In this document: positions 44,029 to 57,599 of the stretch, piece after piece | Position numbering within the stretch: position 1 is the stretch's first letter | Layout: every line of letters begins with the position of its first letter | Assembly (NCBI GenBank): GCA_964016885.1 | Contig: OZ024757.1 | Location: 35,464,001 to 35,528,000 of the forward strand | Length of the DNA stretch: 64,000 bases | Source of the DNA: Eledone cirrhosa | Lineage: Eukaryota | Direction: 5' to 3' | The notes under the pieces: generated by a model | Seen by the model: the letters and a program-made list of their open reading frames with translations, nothing else | Databases searched by the model: none | Told to the model about the DNA's origin: nothing | Made by a program: the position numbers and the translations under genes

Positions 44029-44456
44029 CAGATTTGGTTTATAAATAAATATTGACATACCCAGAAAAAAAGACAACCTTAACGGTTGGAGCTTCCTGGA
44101 CAGTGGAGATAGTACATTTATTGAGGGTAATATAAAGTTATGAGTGAGTAGCTATGGGAGATTTAATACTTATGTAGAAGACATATCTATATATCTATTT
44201 ATATATCCAAAATGGCTGAGAGAATACACACGTGTTTATCCTCAAAAATGTTTTTCGTTCCTTCCTCTTCCCACTCTCTATCTTTCTATTTCATCTTTTA
44301 TTTCTCATTTTATCTCCTGATGAAAAACTAGTGTCCGAATCGTAAAGTCTCTTTTACTATATCAAGCGTTAAACTAATATATTTCTTCCTTGTACTGTGT
44401 TGTTTGCTTTGTCATTTCTGTTTACCTTTAGCATACACACACATATCATATATAAC

Positions 44457-44545
<89 letters not shown>

Positions 44546-45194
44546 AGAGTCAGGACCCCGACGGCTGAGCTCTGGCTTTCGACAGCTAGATGCTATTGCC
44601 CACTCTACTACCTTAAGTATCGAGTATATGGTGCGTTATGGTCCACCTGGTTTCTTACCACACTTCCTTTGTTATATATATATATATATATATAAAACAC
44701 AGCCAATGTAATGGAAAAGATAGCAATAACATTGATACTCTCAGCACATACACATTTGAACATTACAGAAACAACCGTCACACTACATCCACCATAAACT
44801 TGTAAACATATGTTGTTTTATGTGATACCTTTGCCTCGCAGAAATTATATATGCCTAGTACCATTGCTTGTTTCCTTCCTGTATATGCCTATTGCATTTG
44901 CACTCTCTATACGCTTGCATATGTACTGCTAGTGTCCTCGTTTCACGAGTAACTTTCTACCTTAATCTCTCTAATTGTTATACTAATCTCTGTCGCATGC
45001 ATTCCACTCTGTGCCTTTTAACTTTTAATTTTTAATTTTAATTATTTTAATAATTGTATACAATTCTCTTGAAATCTATGTTGCATCCATTCCACTCTGT
45101 AAATACGAAACTGTTATTGGCAACATTAATATCCATGTATCTATATGATTGTTCAGTTGAATAGGAGGTTAATTATATGTACAAACATTACTAA

Positions 45195-45241
45195 TGCTCC
45201 GATGATTCCAAACGATAGTTTGGAAGAAACGATTGTCAGCA
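45195..45241 (+). ncRNA. Minimal hammerhead ribozyme with CCGAUGA core variant
   Basis: TGCT CCGATGA TTCCAAAC gata GTTTGGAA GAAA CGATTG TC AGCA, with a perfect 8-bp stem II and 4-bp stem I, followed by AATAAA. Confidence 0.65.
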
Positions 45242-45776
45242 ATAAAATGATGATTATTGTGTAACTTATATTCCGGCTCTGTAAAACATCTCGTGCATTT
45301 ACATTGAGCTATTTTTCTTACTGATAATAAGGGAGTAATAAATTACTGACCTTTCATGTTTATAGTTGTATATAGTGTATACATAACTATAATAATACTA
45401 TTATATATATATATAATAGTAATGAGTATAAAGGAAGTTGCAGCTGCAAGTAGCAGATTAACATCCGATTGAATTTCGAAGACTGAGACAAAGCACTCAA
45501 TGATAAAGTAATTAAGAAATATCTCCACAGGGTGAACACAATAAGTTAGATAATAGTGACATAATGAATAATGTAATCAGAGATATATTGCCACATTAAT
45601 ATGACAACAACTAAAAATACAGGTTAAAAACATGAGCAAAATTCCAAACCTTAATTACGTAGAATTTGAAGCTGGTGAAAATCGTCAAAATATTGATCCA
45701 GAATATAAGACTTCTCGCATCGATTTTTTGTTCGCGCACACACATATACACATACACACGGACACACACACACACA

Positions 45777-45828
<52 letters not shown>

Positions 45829-45839
45829 CACATACACAC

Positions 45840-45900
<61 letters not shown>

Positions 45901-46390
45901 TACACAGACACACACACATACACACAGACGCAGACAGACACACACACACATACGCACACGCACAGATACGCACACGCACAAACACACACACACACAAACA
46001 CACAAACACAAACACACACGCACACACACACCCACACAAATACACACACGCACACACACACACACAGACACAGTATATCTATATATGTAATCTCAACGCG
46101 GTTCTTTCAATCTATAAACAGCATTTTAGATATTTGCTCCAAGTGATAAACAGTGTCTTATCACATCTGACAATTATACTACATATATACATATATACAT
46201 ACAGTACATACAGACATACAGACATATGTTTATATATATATATATATACGGGGTAACAGATTAGTACGTCTCTATTTATAAAACAAACTTTGTATTTTAT
46301 CTGATGAAAGCGTACCAATGTTGTCTTGGTTGCTCTTGAAATAAAATAAATATGGTTTTATAAATATAGTTTCCATTTATTTAATAACAT

Positions 46391-46453
<63 letters not shown>

Positions 46454-46550
46454 TAATCACTTAGGTGTAGTCCAGTTAGGGTACTCCGAGTAGTGGATGA
46501 TATCAACGCTTGGGTAAGTTTGACTCAACAAGGCGTTTCCATTCTCGCAA

Positions 46551-46656
46551 GCTCTGATGATTTGACGGGTTACAACTATGTATTGGTGATCGAATGACGT
46601 GAAAACAAGCGGGTAGCGATCTCTAGACCTACCAGTTCAGAGAAACAATTGTCAGC
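46551..46656 (+). ncRNA. Hammerhead ribozyme with long loop-II insertion
   Basis: GCT CTGATGA TTTGA-(71 nt)-TCAGA GAAA CAATTG TC AGC. Confidence 0.55.
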
Positions 46657-46713
46657 AATGAGATTAAAAACCTTTTTTTTTGTATAGCAAGCCGTGTAAC
46701 TCTTCTTTCCTGA

Positions 46714-46784
<71 letters not shown>

Positions 46785-47352
46785 ATATGGGTGAGTAGAA
46801 TACTGCTGGTTGCACATGGATAACATGTTATAAAATGAGTCCCTCATCAGTGATTTACCAAACGATCATGGGTATTTCATCGCATTAAAAATCATATACC
46901 TCACGTTGGAGCGATAATAACTAAAATAAGTTATTAGGACAAAAGAAACGCGTAAAGCGAGTGAGACAAGTAAACAACACAGGGGGAAGCTAACCGAAGA
47001 TGGAAATAAACACAAGCAACATAGTTATTCTTTCAGCATAAGCTGTGTGAATATATGAGCGAGTCAAGAAAACAGACCTTTCGCTAGTGAATCCGGTGTT
47101 AGAAAGAATGAAAACCGTTTTCCCAGCGAACGGGAGGAAGAAAGAAAGGAGAAACAGGGACTGGGTGAGTGGGAGTGCGAGGAAGAGGTCAGTAGAGAGA
47201 AAGAGTTAACTGACGTGGCAGAGGGGACGAAAGAAAGTAAGAGAGTAAGAGAGAACGAGGGAGCAGTAAGAGTGTAAGAGAGAAACACAGAATTGCAGTT
47301 TGGGTAAATATATGAAAATATGGGTGAGTAGAATACTGCTGGTTGCACATGG

Positions 47353-47417
<65 letters not shown>

Positions 47418-48264
47418 AAATATGGAGAAAAATACTGCAGGTAGCGCATGGATAACATGTAATAAAATGAGTCCCTCATCAGTGATTTGCCGACGATCAT
47501 AGATATTTCATTGCATTAAAAATCATATACCTCACGTCGGTGCAATAATAACTAAAATAAGTTATTAGGACAATTAAAACGCGTAAAGCGAGTGAGACAG
47601 GAGAACAACAAAGAGTATAGCTAATAAATGGAAACTATATTTATAAAACCATATTTATTTTATTTCAAGAGCAACCAAGACAACATTGGTACGCTTTCAT
47701 CAGATAAAATACAAAGTTTGTTTTATAAATAGAGACGTACCCATGAAAATCATACGTTATCGGTTGGAAATTCACTAGGTGAATTATATATATATATATG
47801 TATATATGTGTGTGTGTGTATATATGTATATGCGTATGTATTTTTTCTCACGAGTCAGTTCTTTCGTTGCTATAGACCCCGCGGCTGAATTACCGGTCGC
47901 TATCTTCAATTTGCAAAGCCCTTTAAAGTGTATGTTATTACTCTGAGGTCCTATACCTTGTCACGTGCTTGGCTGCACTGCTGAAAACATTCGTCGGCTT
48001 AGCTGCGACTCGAGCTTCGAATATGCTGTACTTCCATTTGTATATATATATATATATATATATATGAGAAAGTATGACCCCGACGGCAGAGCTCAAGCCG
48101 TTTCGACGGCTATTTCTGGACTAAATTTAGTCCAGAAATAGCCGTCGAAACGGCTTGAGCTCTGCTGTCGAGGTCATACTTTCTCCTATTACCCACTCTA
48201 CTATCTAAGTATTGAGTACTCTGGTGCGTTATGGTCCATCTTGTTCCTTGCCACAACTACTTCG

Positions 48265-48325
<61 letters not shown>

Positions 48326-48326
<1 letters not shown>

Positions 48327-49100
48327 ATATATATAAAATTAAGTATGTGTGTGTGTGTCTGTGTATTACCTATAGGGGCCTACACCTTACGACCAATTTT
48401 TATGAAACTTTACAGGCTCATAGATTAGCCATCAGGGAGTGTTTTCTATATATCAGCGTATCGTTTTTTTTTATTCCGGGGTCATTCTGCAGATAAAAAA
48501 AAGATTTTTGGCTCTAGCTCCCATATTTTGCCACCGATTTCGTTCAAATTTTAAAGCAAAATAGAATTTATCATTTCACATCCTGTAATATTTATGGCTT
48601 TATATTTTGCATTTGTTGTTCAGGGACGGCGTGGCAGCAGCTTAAATATTCAAAAATACCACTTTTAGATTTTTTTTCTCTCCACTTTTTCAGCTTTAGC
48701 TCCCACATTAATCAACCTACTTTGTTTAAATTTTACGCTACGCTAGATTTTATTATTTCACGTCTTAAGGTGGCTTTACATTTTGGATTTTTTGTTCAGG
48801 AACGGCGTGGCAGCCGCTTAAATATTCGAAAATACCACATTTTCGCTCAAATTTCCGCCTTTTCGGCTCTAGCTCCCACATTTGTCAACCGATTTCGTTC
48901 AAATTCGAAAATCCCTCCCTCAGCATGCCCCTTCGTCAGTCACCCGCGTTTCTCAGTGATAGAGGTCATCACCACCCTCCCCCGCATGGCCTGTGTGTGG
49001 CCATAGATGAGTCATCGAGAAGCAGTCGCTAAGATCAACACCTTTTCATCAAAGCAGATATTATTTTACCTACCCAGGCAATGCTGGGTACTGCTGCCAG
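48326..49100 (+). mobile_element. Non-autonomous Helitron-like element
   Basis: 5' tatatatataaaa + (gt)n-gtctgt, internal ~170-190-bp repeats, and a 3' hairpin cccaggcaatgctggg followed by CCAG|T (degenerate CTAG). Confidence 0.55.
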
Positions 49101-49116
49101 TATGTATATATATGTG

Positions 49117-49153
<37 letters not shown>

Positions 49154-49233
49154 GTGTGTATGTGTGCGTGTGTGTTTATAGAAAGACTCAATTGAAAATA
49201 TAACAGTGCAACACATTTTATCTGTTGATATCT

Positions 49234-49239
49234 TTTATT
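49234..49239 (-). promoter_or_regulatory. Candidate polyadenylation signal of the MyoD-like gene
   Basis: AATAAA on the minus strand about 950 nt after the stop, followed by GU-rich tgtgttgcactgtt. Inference only. Confidence 0.3.
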
Positions 49240-49445
49240 GATTTACAGTTTGGCAAACTTGGAGACGTTCAATGAGAAATCAAGAAACAAAAATAAACAA
49301 AAAAAAAAAAGAAACAAAAAAAAGAAACATGTAAAGAAAAACAAGATCGTTGTCTCGATATCTGGAGAAATGACGCACACATCATTGAATAGTTTCTTTT
49401 CTTTTAGTGTATGTTTCTGTCACGACTCCTTATTTTCTTTATGTG

Positions 49446-49497
<52 letters not shown>

Positions 49498-49706
49498 ATG
49501 TGTGTATGTGTTTGTGTGCTTGTGTGTGCGTGTATGTATGCATATATGAGTGTATGTATGTCTATATGTACGTCTGCATCTCCCTCTCTCACTACACACA
49601 CACATATATATTTATGAATATATATATATATATTTTTTTGTGTATATATGCGTATGTATATATATATGTATATGTATATATATATATATGTATATATATA
49701 TATGTG

Positions 49707-49768
<62 letters not shown>

Positions 49769-50187
49769 TAAAGATATTTATATGTGTATATATATATATA
49801 TGTGTGTGTGTGTATACATGTGTGTGTGTGTATATATATATATAGATAGATATATATGGCTTACAGGTGACATCTGCGTTTGCATAATAGCAGAACCTTT
49901 TCAATTCGTCGTCTTTTTAGTCATTCGCATTAGTATTATTTTTAATACAATTGTTATTATTATTTTTATATCCTTATGACCATTAATGTTATTGTTGCTC
50001 ATTTCCACTGAAATTTTGTTTTCATATCCATTCCATCCCCTCTCTTTCTTCCCCTTCTCTTCCCTGTCTCTCACGCACACACACACACACGCACGCACAC
50101 ACTCTCACACACACACACACTCATACTGAGGATATCTCTTTGAACGCGTCGTTTGCAGAGAGACATACGTAAATGGCGTTGTAATAT

Positions 50188-50324
50188 TCAACATGGCGCA
50201 TGTGTCGTCTGGCCGCCTACATTGATGTTGTTCAACATCGACGTCGTACCAGCGGGACTTATACTCTCCACTATCAATGACAGACAATCCAGGCTGGACA
50301 CTCCAGACGATAGTTGTTCGTATC
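50188..50324 (-). CDS. MyoD: Terminal coding exon of a MyoD/myogenic regulatory factor (nautilus/SUM-1-like) gene
   Basis: Minus strand has the acceptor tcatttttctttAG followed by (G)GA-TAC-GAA..., giving GYEQLSSGVSSLDCLSLIVESISPAGTTSMLNNINVGGQTTHAPC*. VSSLDCLSLIVESIS matches the MRF helix-III motif (vertebrate MyoD VSSLDCLSSIVERIS). The phase-1 intron 8 codons upstream of the motif resembles the last intron of vertebrate MYOD1. The bHLH exon was not found in the window. Confidence 0.85.
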
Positions 50325-50827
50325 CTAAAGAAAAATGAGAGATGTTGATTTTTAAAATATAATTAATAATGGCGGAATGTATATACAGCTTTAAATAAAT
50401 AAATGAATACATTGATAAAGGAGGAGGAGGGAGGGAGAAGAAGAAGAAGAAGAAGACGAGGAGGAGGAGAAGGGGAAGGAGGAGGAAAATAAGACTACCG
50501 CGACCATCATCACCACTACCACCAACAACAACAGTAAATGTTTTCCGAGTCCTGGATCACATTCCACCCTTTGCAATCCCAGGTTTCCTCAATTAATCCC
50601 TTCATTTTGAATTGCCTTCTAGTAATTTTCCCCCTAACTGCAACTCCGGGTTAACGCTGTGGTTCTTTGAGACCCCCTTCACCACCCTCTCTCTGTAATC
50701 CAAGGTTCCCTCAATTTTTTCATTTGATATATATGATGTACACTATTATTTCAAAGTCTGGATCGCTTACCCAACCTGGGACCACAAGGGCAGGAATTTG
50801 ACCAGGCTCCCTGAAAATCTACTAGAC

Positions 50828-51000
50828 CAGGCATGTCAAATTGAGGGTCCCCTGAGGACCACATGGGTCACATATGTGTTGTCTGAGGGCCACACATGAC
50901 AACTAATTTTACGAAGATAAAACATGCTCGCGCTATAAAAACCTTTGTGTAGGCCGCAGGTGTGCTTGTAAAGGGCCGCTCAGGTAAATATGTACTTGTT
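50828..51000 (+). mobile_element. Possible hAT-type MITE end
   Basis: CAGGCATGTCAAA after ctagac, with ggccac/ggccgc subterminal motifs. The other end was not found. Confidence 0.3.
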
Positions 51001-51418
51001 GATAATTCAAAATAGGGTGGACATTGAAGAAACCTGGGACCTCAAGGGGAGAAATGTGACCAGGGGCCCTGAAAACCACTGGACTATACAGTTATTGAGA
51101 TGTGAAAAGCTTGCTCAAGTTAATATGGTACTCAGGTGAAGAATTACTAGAGAGGTTGACGAAGGGGATCTCAAAGAATCAGAGGGTTAACTTGGGTTCA
51201 TGGGTGAGAAATTTGGCCTAGGTCTCAGAGAGCCCCTATTCTAGCAATAAGACATCTGAAATATAAATGTATATATTTGAAGACATGTGAATAAATATTC
51301 TGACTTACCGTTTTGTGGGGCATAGTTGTTGGGTACTTCTCCTAAATGATGAAGTTTTTCAGAGTAGTACTGAGGACTGTTCACTGTCTGAAACAACAAA
51401 TAAATTATCATCATCATC

Positions 51419-51449
<31 letters not shown>

Positions 51450-51454
51450 GTAAG

Positions 51455-52145
51455 GCGCCAATGCTCAGAATTGTACTGAAGAAGAGGACAATAGACCAGG
51501 GGATGTCCAAGGAGGAAATAACAACAAGGAGAAAGAGCAGCCTTCATGAAAAATCCCTTCATAGTACCTTCTTTGAGAAAACTGAATTCAGAGATCCACA
51601 GACATGGAACTGGTTAAAAAAAGAAGACCTTAAAAAAGCTACAGAAGGAATGCTAATGGCTGCGCAAGAGCAAGCCCTCAGAATGAAGTGTGTGAAACAC
51701 CATATTGACAAGGAGGAGGCGAGCTCACTGTGTAGGATCAGTGGAGAGAGGGAGGAGACTGTGGCTCACATTGTATCCAAGTGTAAACACCTAGCCCAGA
51801 CTCACTATAAAGGCTGGAGACATGATGTGATAGGCAGGTTGATCCACTGGCATCTATGCAAAATAAACAATTTACCACATTCTGAGAAGTGGTATGAGCA
51901 TAAGCCAAAGTCGGTGATAGAAAACGATCAGATGAAGGTGCTATGGGATTTTAGGATACAGACGGACAAGAAATTAGAACACAACAGACCTGACCTGGTG
52001 GTTTTGGACAAGGAAAAAAGATCGTGCCTGATTGTAGATGTAGCCTGCTCATTTGACACGAGAGTGCAAGAAAGGAAGAGGGAGAAAATTAACCGATATC
52101 AGTACTTAAAGTGGGAGTTAAAAAGGATTTGGAACTGCCATGAAA
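51455..52145 (+). mobile_element. R4/Dong-like LINE fragment (zinc knuckle + RLE)
   Basis: EGMLMAAQEQAL, CRISGEREETVAHIVSKC, RHD and RPDLVVLDKEKRSCLIVDVAC. Begins right after (TAA)n. Confidence 0.85.
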
Positions 52146-52149
52146 TCAC

Positions 52150-52575
52150 TTCGCTTTTCTTTATTAACCACAAGGGTTGACACAAAGTATAACATTAAGG
52201 ACAGCACAGGATGGTACACGTGGGCGTTTCTCTGTGTATAAACAAATACATAAAACAAAAATGAATGTAACAAAAAAAAAATGAAACAAAGGAAAATCCC
52301 CTAATAAGGGGTAGACCTCCGAGGGTCACTTGTGGAGATATCCCATTAAAAAAAGCCACGGTGGCCCTGACTACCAGGGCAAGTGCCTTCTCCCAGTTTT
52401 CCACCTCCAATTTACAGGGTCATACTCAGAGCAGACCCATTCACTCGAACGATACTCACCACTCTCTCACATCTTTCAACAAATTGCTGGGAAGGGAGCG
52501 CTTCCCTCTAATAATAATGATTTCTTTATTGGCCACTAGGGCCCACATATAGGGGACAATACACAGGGCTTACAT
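52150..52575 (-). mobile_element. Tx1-like 3' UTR fragments (related pieces at 37550-37990)
   Basis: Recurrent tail ...ccttgtggttaataaag / gtggccaataaagaaat shared with the Tx1 copies, next to (TAA)n. Confidence 0.55.
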
Positions 52576-54228
52576 AAAAAAAAAACGTTTAAGACAATAT
52601 ATGACGGTGCATATATATACATGATGGCTACCCCCTCGTTATCGAGTATGGCCATTGCACGATATAACATTATTAATAATTATCAATTATTGCAATCGTG
52701 CAATACCTGTGCATGAATATTTTGTTTAAAGTGAGGAAAGACTGTGCACTGAGCCAATCCCACTCTCTGAGCGACAGTAGCTATAACCTGAAAGGAAGAA
52801 AAGATCAACATCATCGGTAACTACTGAGCCGTAGGTTTTATGTCGGAGTTATCCCAGTTTCCTGAGTTGCCTTCTCCTAGAAGAATGCCCTGACAAAGGC
52901 TAGCGGTCCTTCACTTCCAGTGGTTTAACCGCGTGATCGGGTGTCCAGCCCGACTTTTTCTATGACCCCGCGCATGTATATACATGTGTATACATGTATA
53001 TACATATATACATACACACATACACATATGTATATACATATGCATACATACATACATTTAATCATAGACATAAACATACATACATATATACATACATATA
53101 TACATATATATACTTACATACGTACGTACATACACAGATACACATAAATACATACATACATACATATATATATACACATATACATACATATACATACATA
53201 CACATACATACATGATGGCTGCAAACTCTGCTAAGAGTACTGCAATTGCTTGAAGGATTATAGAGTTTGGTACACTTTTAGGCTACGGCCAGTCACACAA
53301 ACCTATAACAGATCCCGAACAAGCAAGGGCTGTGCTTTGAAGGTTTTTTTAAGTGGGGAAAGGCCTTGCACTCGACCAATCCCACTCTCTGAACATCGAA
53401 AACACTACCTGAAAAGAGAATTGGTTAACATCATCGGATGCTTCCGAAGCTGCAGGGGTTTTTTTTTCAGAGTTTCCCTCTCATAGAAAGGTGCTGTGAC
53501 AACAACTGGGGGCCTTTCACTCCCAGGTGAAAAGAAAGTACTAAACATACATATATACATATATATATACATAGATACATACATGTGGTCAGAAGATGTG
53601 AAGTAGCACAATTAATAAGACGATAGAATATGAGTGAAAGGAGAGGGGGGGTCGATTTCACTGGGTGAGGTACAGTTTTGTATGTGCGTGTATGTATGTA
53701 TGTCCGTATGTGTGTGTGTGTGTGTGTGTCTGTATGTCTGTATGTGTGTTTGTGTGTAAGCATATGTGTATGTCTGTCTGTGTGTGTGTGTCTGCATGTA
53801 TGTGTGGTGTGTGTGCGTGATTTCACTAAAAGATACCCCGACAACCAGTTTAATGTGGTGTTGTACAGGGCGACGTGTTAGGTCTGCCACCCAACATTTA
53901 GTTGTTCTACCACCCAAGTTACTTATACACTCCACCACCACCACCACCACCTATTCTCCGTAATTACCATTAAACGTTCTTTGCCTATCTCTTTTCCTCC
54001 CCCTCCCTGTCTCTTACACACCCCACCTCTACCTCACTACATCATCTCCGTAATTGCTCTTAACTCTTCTTTGCGTCTCTCTTTTCTCCGCTTCTCTCTT
54101 TCTTTCTCCTCTCTCTCTCTCTCTCTCACTCTCTTTTGTCTGCCTCTCTTTTGTCTGCTTCTCTTTGTCAATATTTCACTCTCTCTCTCTTTCTCTCTCT
54201 CTCTCACTCTCTCTCTCTCTCTCTCGCC

Positions 54229-54259
<31 letters not shown>

Positions 54260-55459
54260 CCAAAACCTCAGCATCACCACCAACACCAACATCACAAACA
54301 CCACATAATTACCCTGAAATCTTCCTTACATCTCTCTTTCTCTCTCTACCCCACAACCTCAGCACCAATACCCCCCCCCCCCCACACTCACCACCACCAC
54401 CACCACCACCACCACCGACACCACCACCACCACCACCACCATCACCACCACCACCACCACCACCGACACCACTAACACCAACACCACCACCAACACCACC
54501 AGTACCACCACCGCCACCAGTACCACCACCAACACCACCACCACCACCAACACCACCACCACCAACACCACCACCAACACCACCGCTAACACCATCAGTA
54601 CCACCAACACCACATAATTACCCTGAAATCTTCCTTACATCCCTCTATCCTCTCTCTCACTTTCCCCCCTCTCCCTCTCTAATCTGATGATGTTTTCCAT
54701 GTTGATGGTAAACTGATACAACCCCCCCCCCTCCTCTCCACCCCCCCCCCCCCCCCCAATCCACTCGCCCCCACCCCATCACCACACATATTAAGATCAT
54801 TGGATGAGATAGCCAAACGGAAATATATTAATGATGGCGATAATGGTTATTGCTATCAGCACGTTGATCACCCCCACCCCACCACCACCACCACCACCAC
54901 CACCGCCACCACCACCGCCACCAATACCACCACCACCACCGCCACCAATACCACCCCCACCCCCACCCCACCACCACCACCACCACCACCACCACCACAG
55001 CTGTCGCCACCACCACCATCACCACCACCGCCACCAATACCACCACCATCACCACCACCATCACCACCACCACAGCCGTCGCCACCACCTCCACCTGCAC
55101 CCCCACAGCCGTCGCCGCCACCACAACAACAACCACCATCATCATCAAGGCTACCAACACCACGATCATCATCATCATAATCATCATCACGGCCATCATC
55201 TAGATCGCCATCATCATCATCACCACCACCATCATCATTATCACCATCATCATCATCTCCACCATCACCATCATCATTATCACCACCATCACCATCATCA
55301 TCATCACCACCATCACCATCACCATCATCATTATCACCACCATCACCATCACCATCATTATCACCATCACCATCATCACCATCATCATCATTACCATCAT
55401 CATCAGAATCGTCATAATCATCATCATCTTCAGCATCATTAACACCATCATATTATCAT

Positions 55460-55911
55460 TTGCAGTATCTGTAGAGCGTCGGACGCCATGCTTTGCACCA
55501 TATAGTTACGTCCCTTTACGTTTTGTGTTCAAATCCCGCCGAGGTTAGCTTTGTCTTTCATTCTTACGGAGTCGATAAAATAAGGTACCAGTAATGCACT
55601 GAGGTCGATTTAATCGATTTTCTCCCCCCCCCCCCGCAAAAAAAGTTTCTGATTTAGCACAAGGCCAGCAATTTTTTTTTGCGGGGGGGGGGGGGAGAAA
55701 TTCAGAAACCAATATTATTATTGGATTGGCAGTATCGGTAGAGGGTCGGACACCATGCTTTGCAGCATAGAGTTACGTCCCTTTATGGTCTGAGTTCAAA
55801 TCCCGCCGAGGTTAACTTTGCCTTTCATCCTTACGGGGTCGATAAAATAAAGTACCAGTCACGCACTGGGGTCGATTTAATCGACTTTCCCCTCCCCTTC
55901 AAATTGCTGGT
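55460..55911 (+). mobile_element. Two SINE copies with an inverted tail fragment between them
   Basis: Same core at 55460-55610 and 55722-55911. Confidence 0.75.
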
Positions 55912-57016
55912 CTTTATTTTTAAGACAATAACAAATAAGGAAATCATTATTTTCAATAAATATATATATAGTAAAACAATTATAGTAAAGAAACCCTTAT
56001 TTGAGCAATAACAACCGTACCATATAGAGTAAACCCCCGATATTCTGGATCCCGGTTATTCGCGGAATTTTCCTTAGAATCTAACTAATAATTGTTCGTG
56101 GAAAGGCGATTAATTAACACTTGAATCTGTTGATGGAACCTTGTCTGCTTTTGTCACCCTCATTTTAGCCTTAAAGAATTAGCTTCTAAAGAATTTCCCT
56201 TTTCTTTAAACCATTGAACCCCACCCATCCTGTAGACACCTGTCTTACAGCCATTGTTAGTCTAAGTGATAAACTAGGATTGGTATTCCAATTTTGAACC
56301 TGTTTACAGTATCCTTTCTGCCTTTGTTAATATTATAGCTGTTAAGAATTAGCTTTTAATGAATCCACTTTCTTTAAACCCTTCAACCAATGACCTCCAC
56401 CCATCCCAATCCCCACCCTCTCCTACCACCAGATAAGGAAAGACATTAATACTACCATTTACTTGGACAGCCAGCTTCCTGTAGAAGCTCTTCTATATTA
56501 AAACTTTTATACTCTGCTATGTATTGAGTACCTTACTTACTGTGGCTACCTCCGATTCAACCCGGAATTTGATTTATTGATTTATTGATTTTTTATCTGA
56601 GTGTCCCGAATCTTCCAGATCGCAATTTTTCGGTTGTATGGTTGATTATAGACTTGTTCTATGTGTGACGGTATTTTAACGATAGTTATAGCTCTGATTT
56701 ATCTAAATTATTGAGCCCTCTGCCGCTCATATCGAATTTTGTTTATCGTGAACTCGTGCGCCGATTTTTCGATACTCGATTATTCTACTATATTTATATA
56801 TATATATATTCACATATATTTTTATTTGTTTGACCCGAATTACTTGGTCGTTCTTTTGGCTATGCGGATGATTGTTTAACCATCGTCTCGGTGTGTTTGG
56901 CCTTTAACGTTTGTTGTAGCTCTGGTTCATCTGAATCATTGAGCGCTTGCCACACATCTCGGAAGTTGTTTTTCGTTAATTCCTAAGCCGAAATACGATT
57001 CTCGCTAATTTATATT

Positions 57017-57053
<37 letters not shown>

Positions 57054-57083
57054 GTATATATATATATATACATATATATATAT

Positions 57084-57120
<37 letters not shown>

Positions 57121-57456
57121 CATACATATATATATATATGTATATATATATTTATACATACATATATATATATGTATATATATATTTATACATACATATA
57201 TATATATGTATATATATATTTATACATACATATATATATATGTATATATATATTTATACATACATATATATATATAAATTAATATTTGATGAACATTTAC
57301 ATGTTATAGTTGCAATTGACTAATAAGATCGCTAGAGTGAAAAATCTTAATTCAACAACATAAGCGATTCCTAGAGCTGAAATGATTGTAAATGACCTCT
57401 TTGAGTCTAAACTCTAAGCTATTTACATATATATATATGTATATATATATATATAC

Positions 57457-57493
<37 letters not shown>

Positions 57494-57494
57494 C

Positions 57495-57551
<57 letters not shown>

Positions 57552-57599
57552 CGTATATATATATATACGTATATATATACGTATATATATATATGTATA

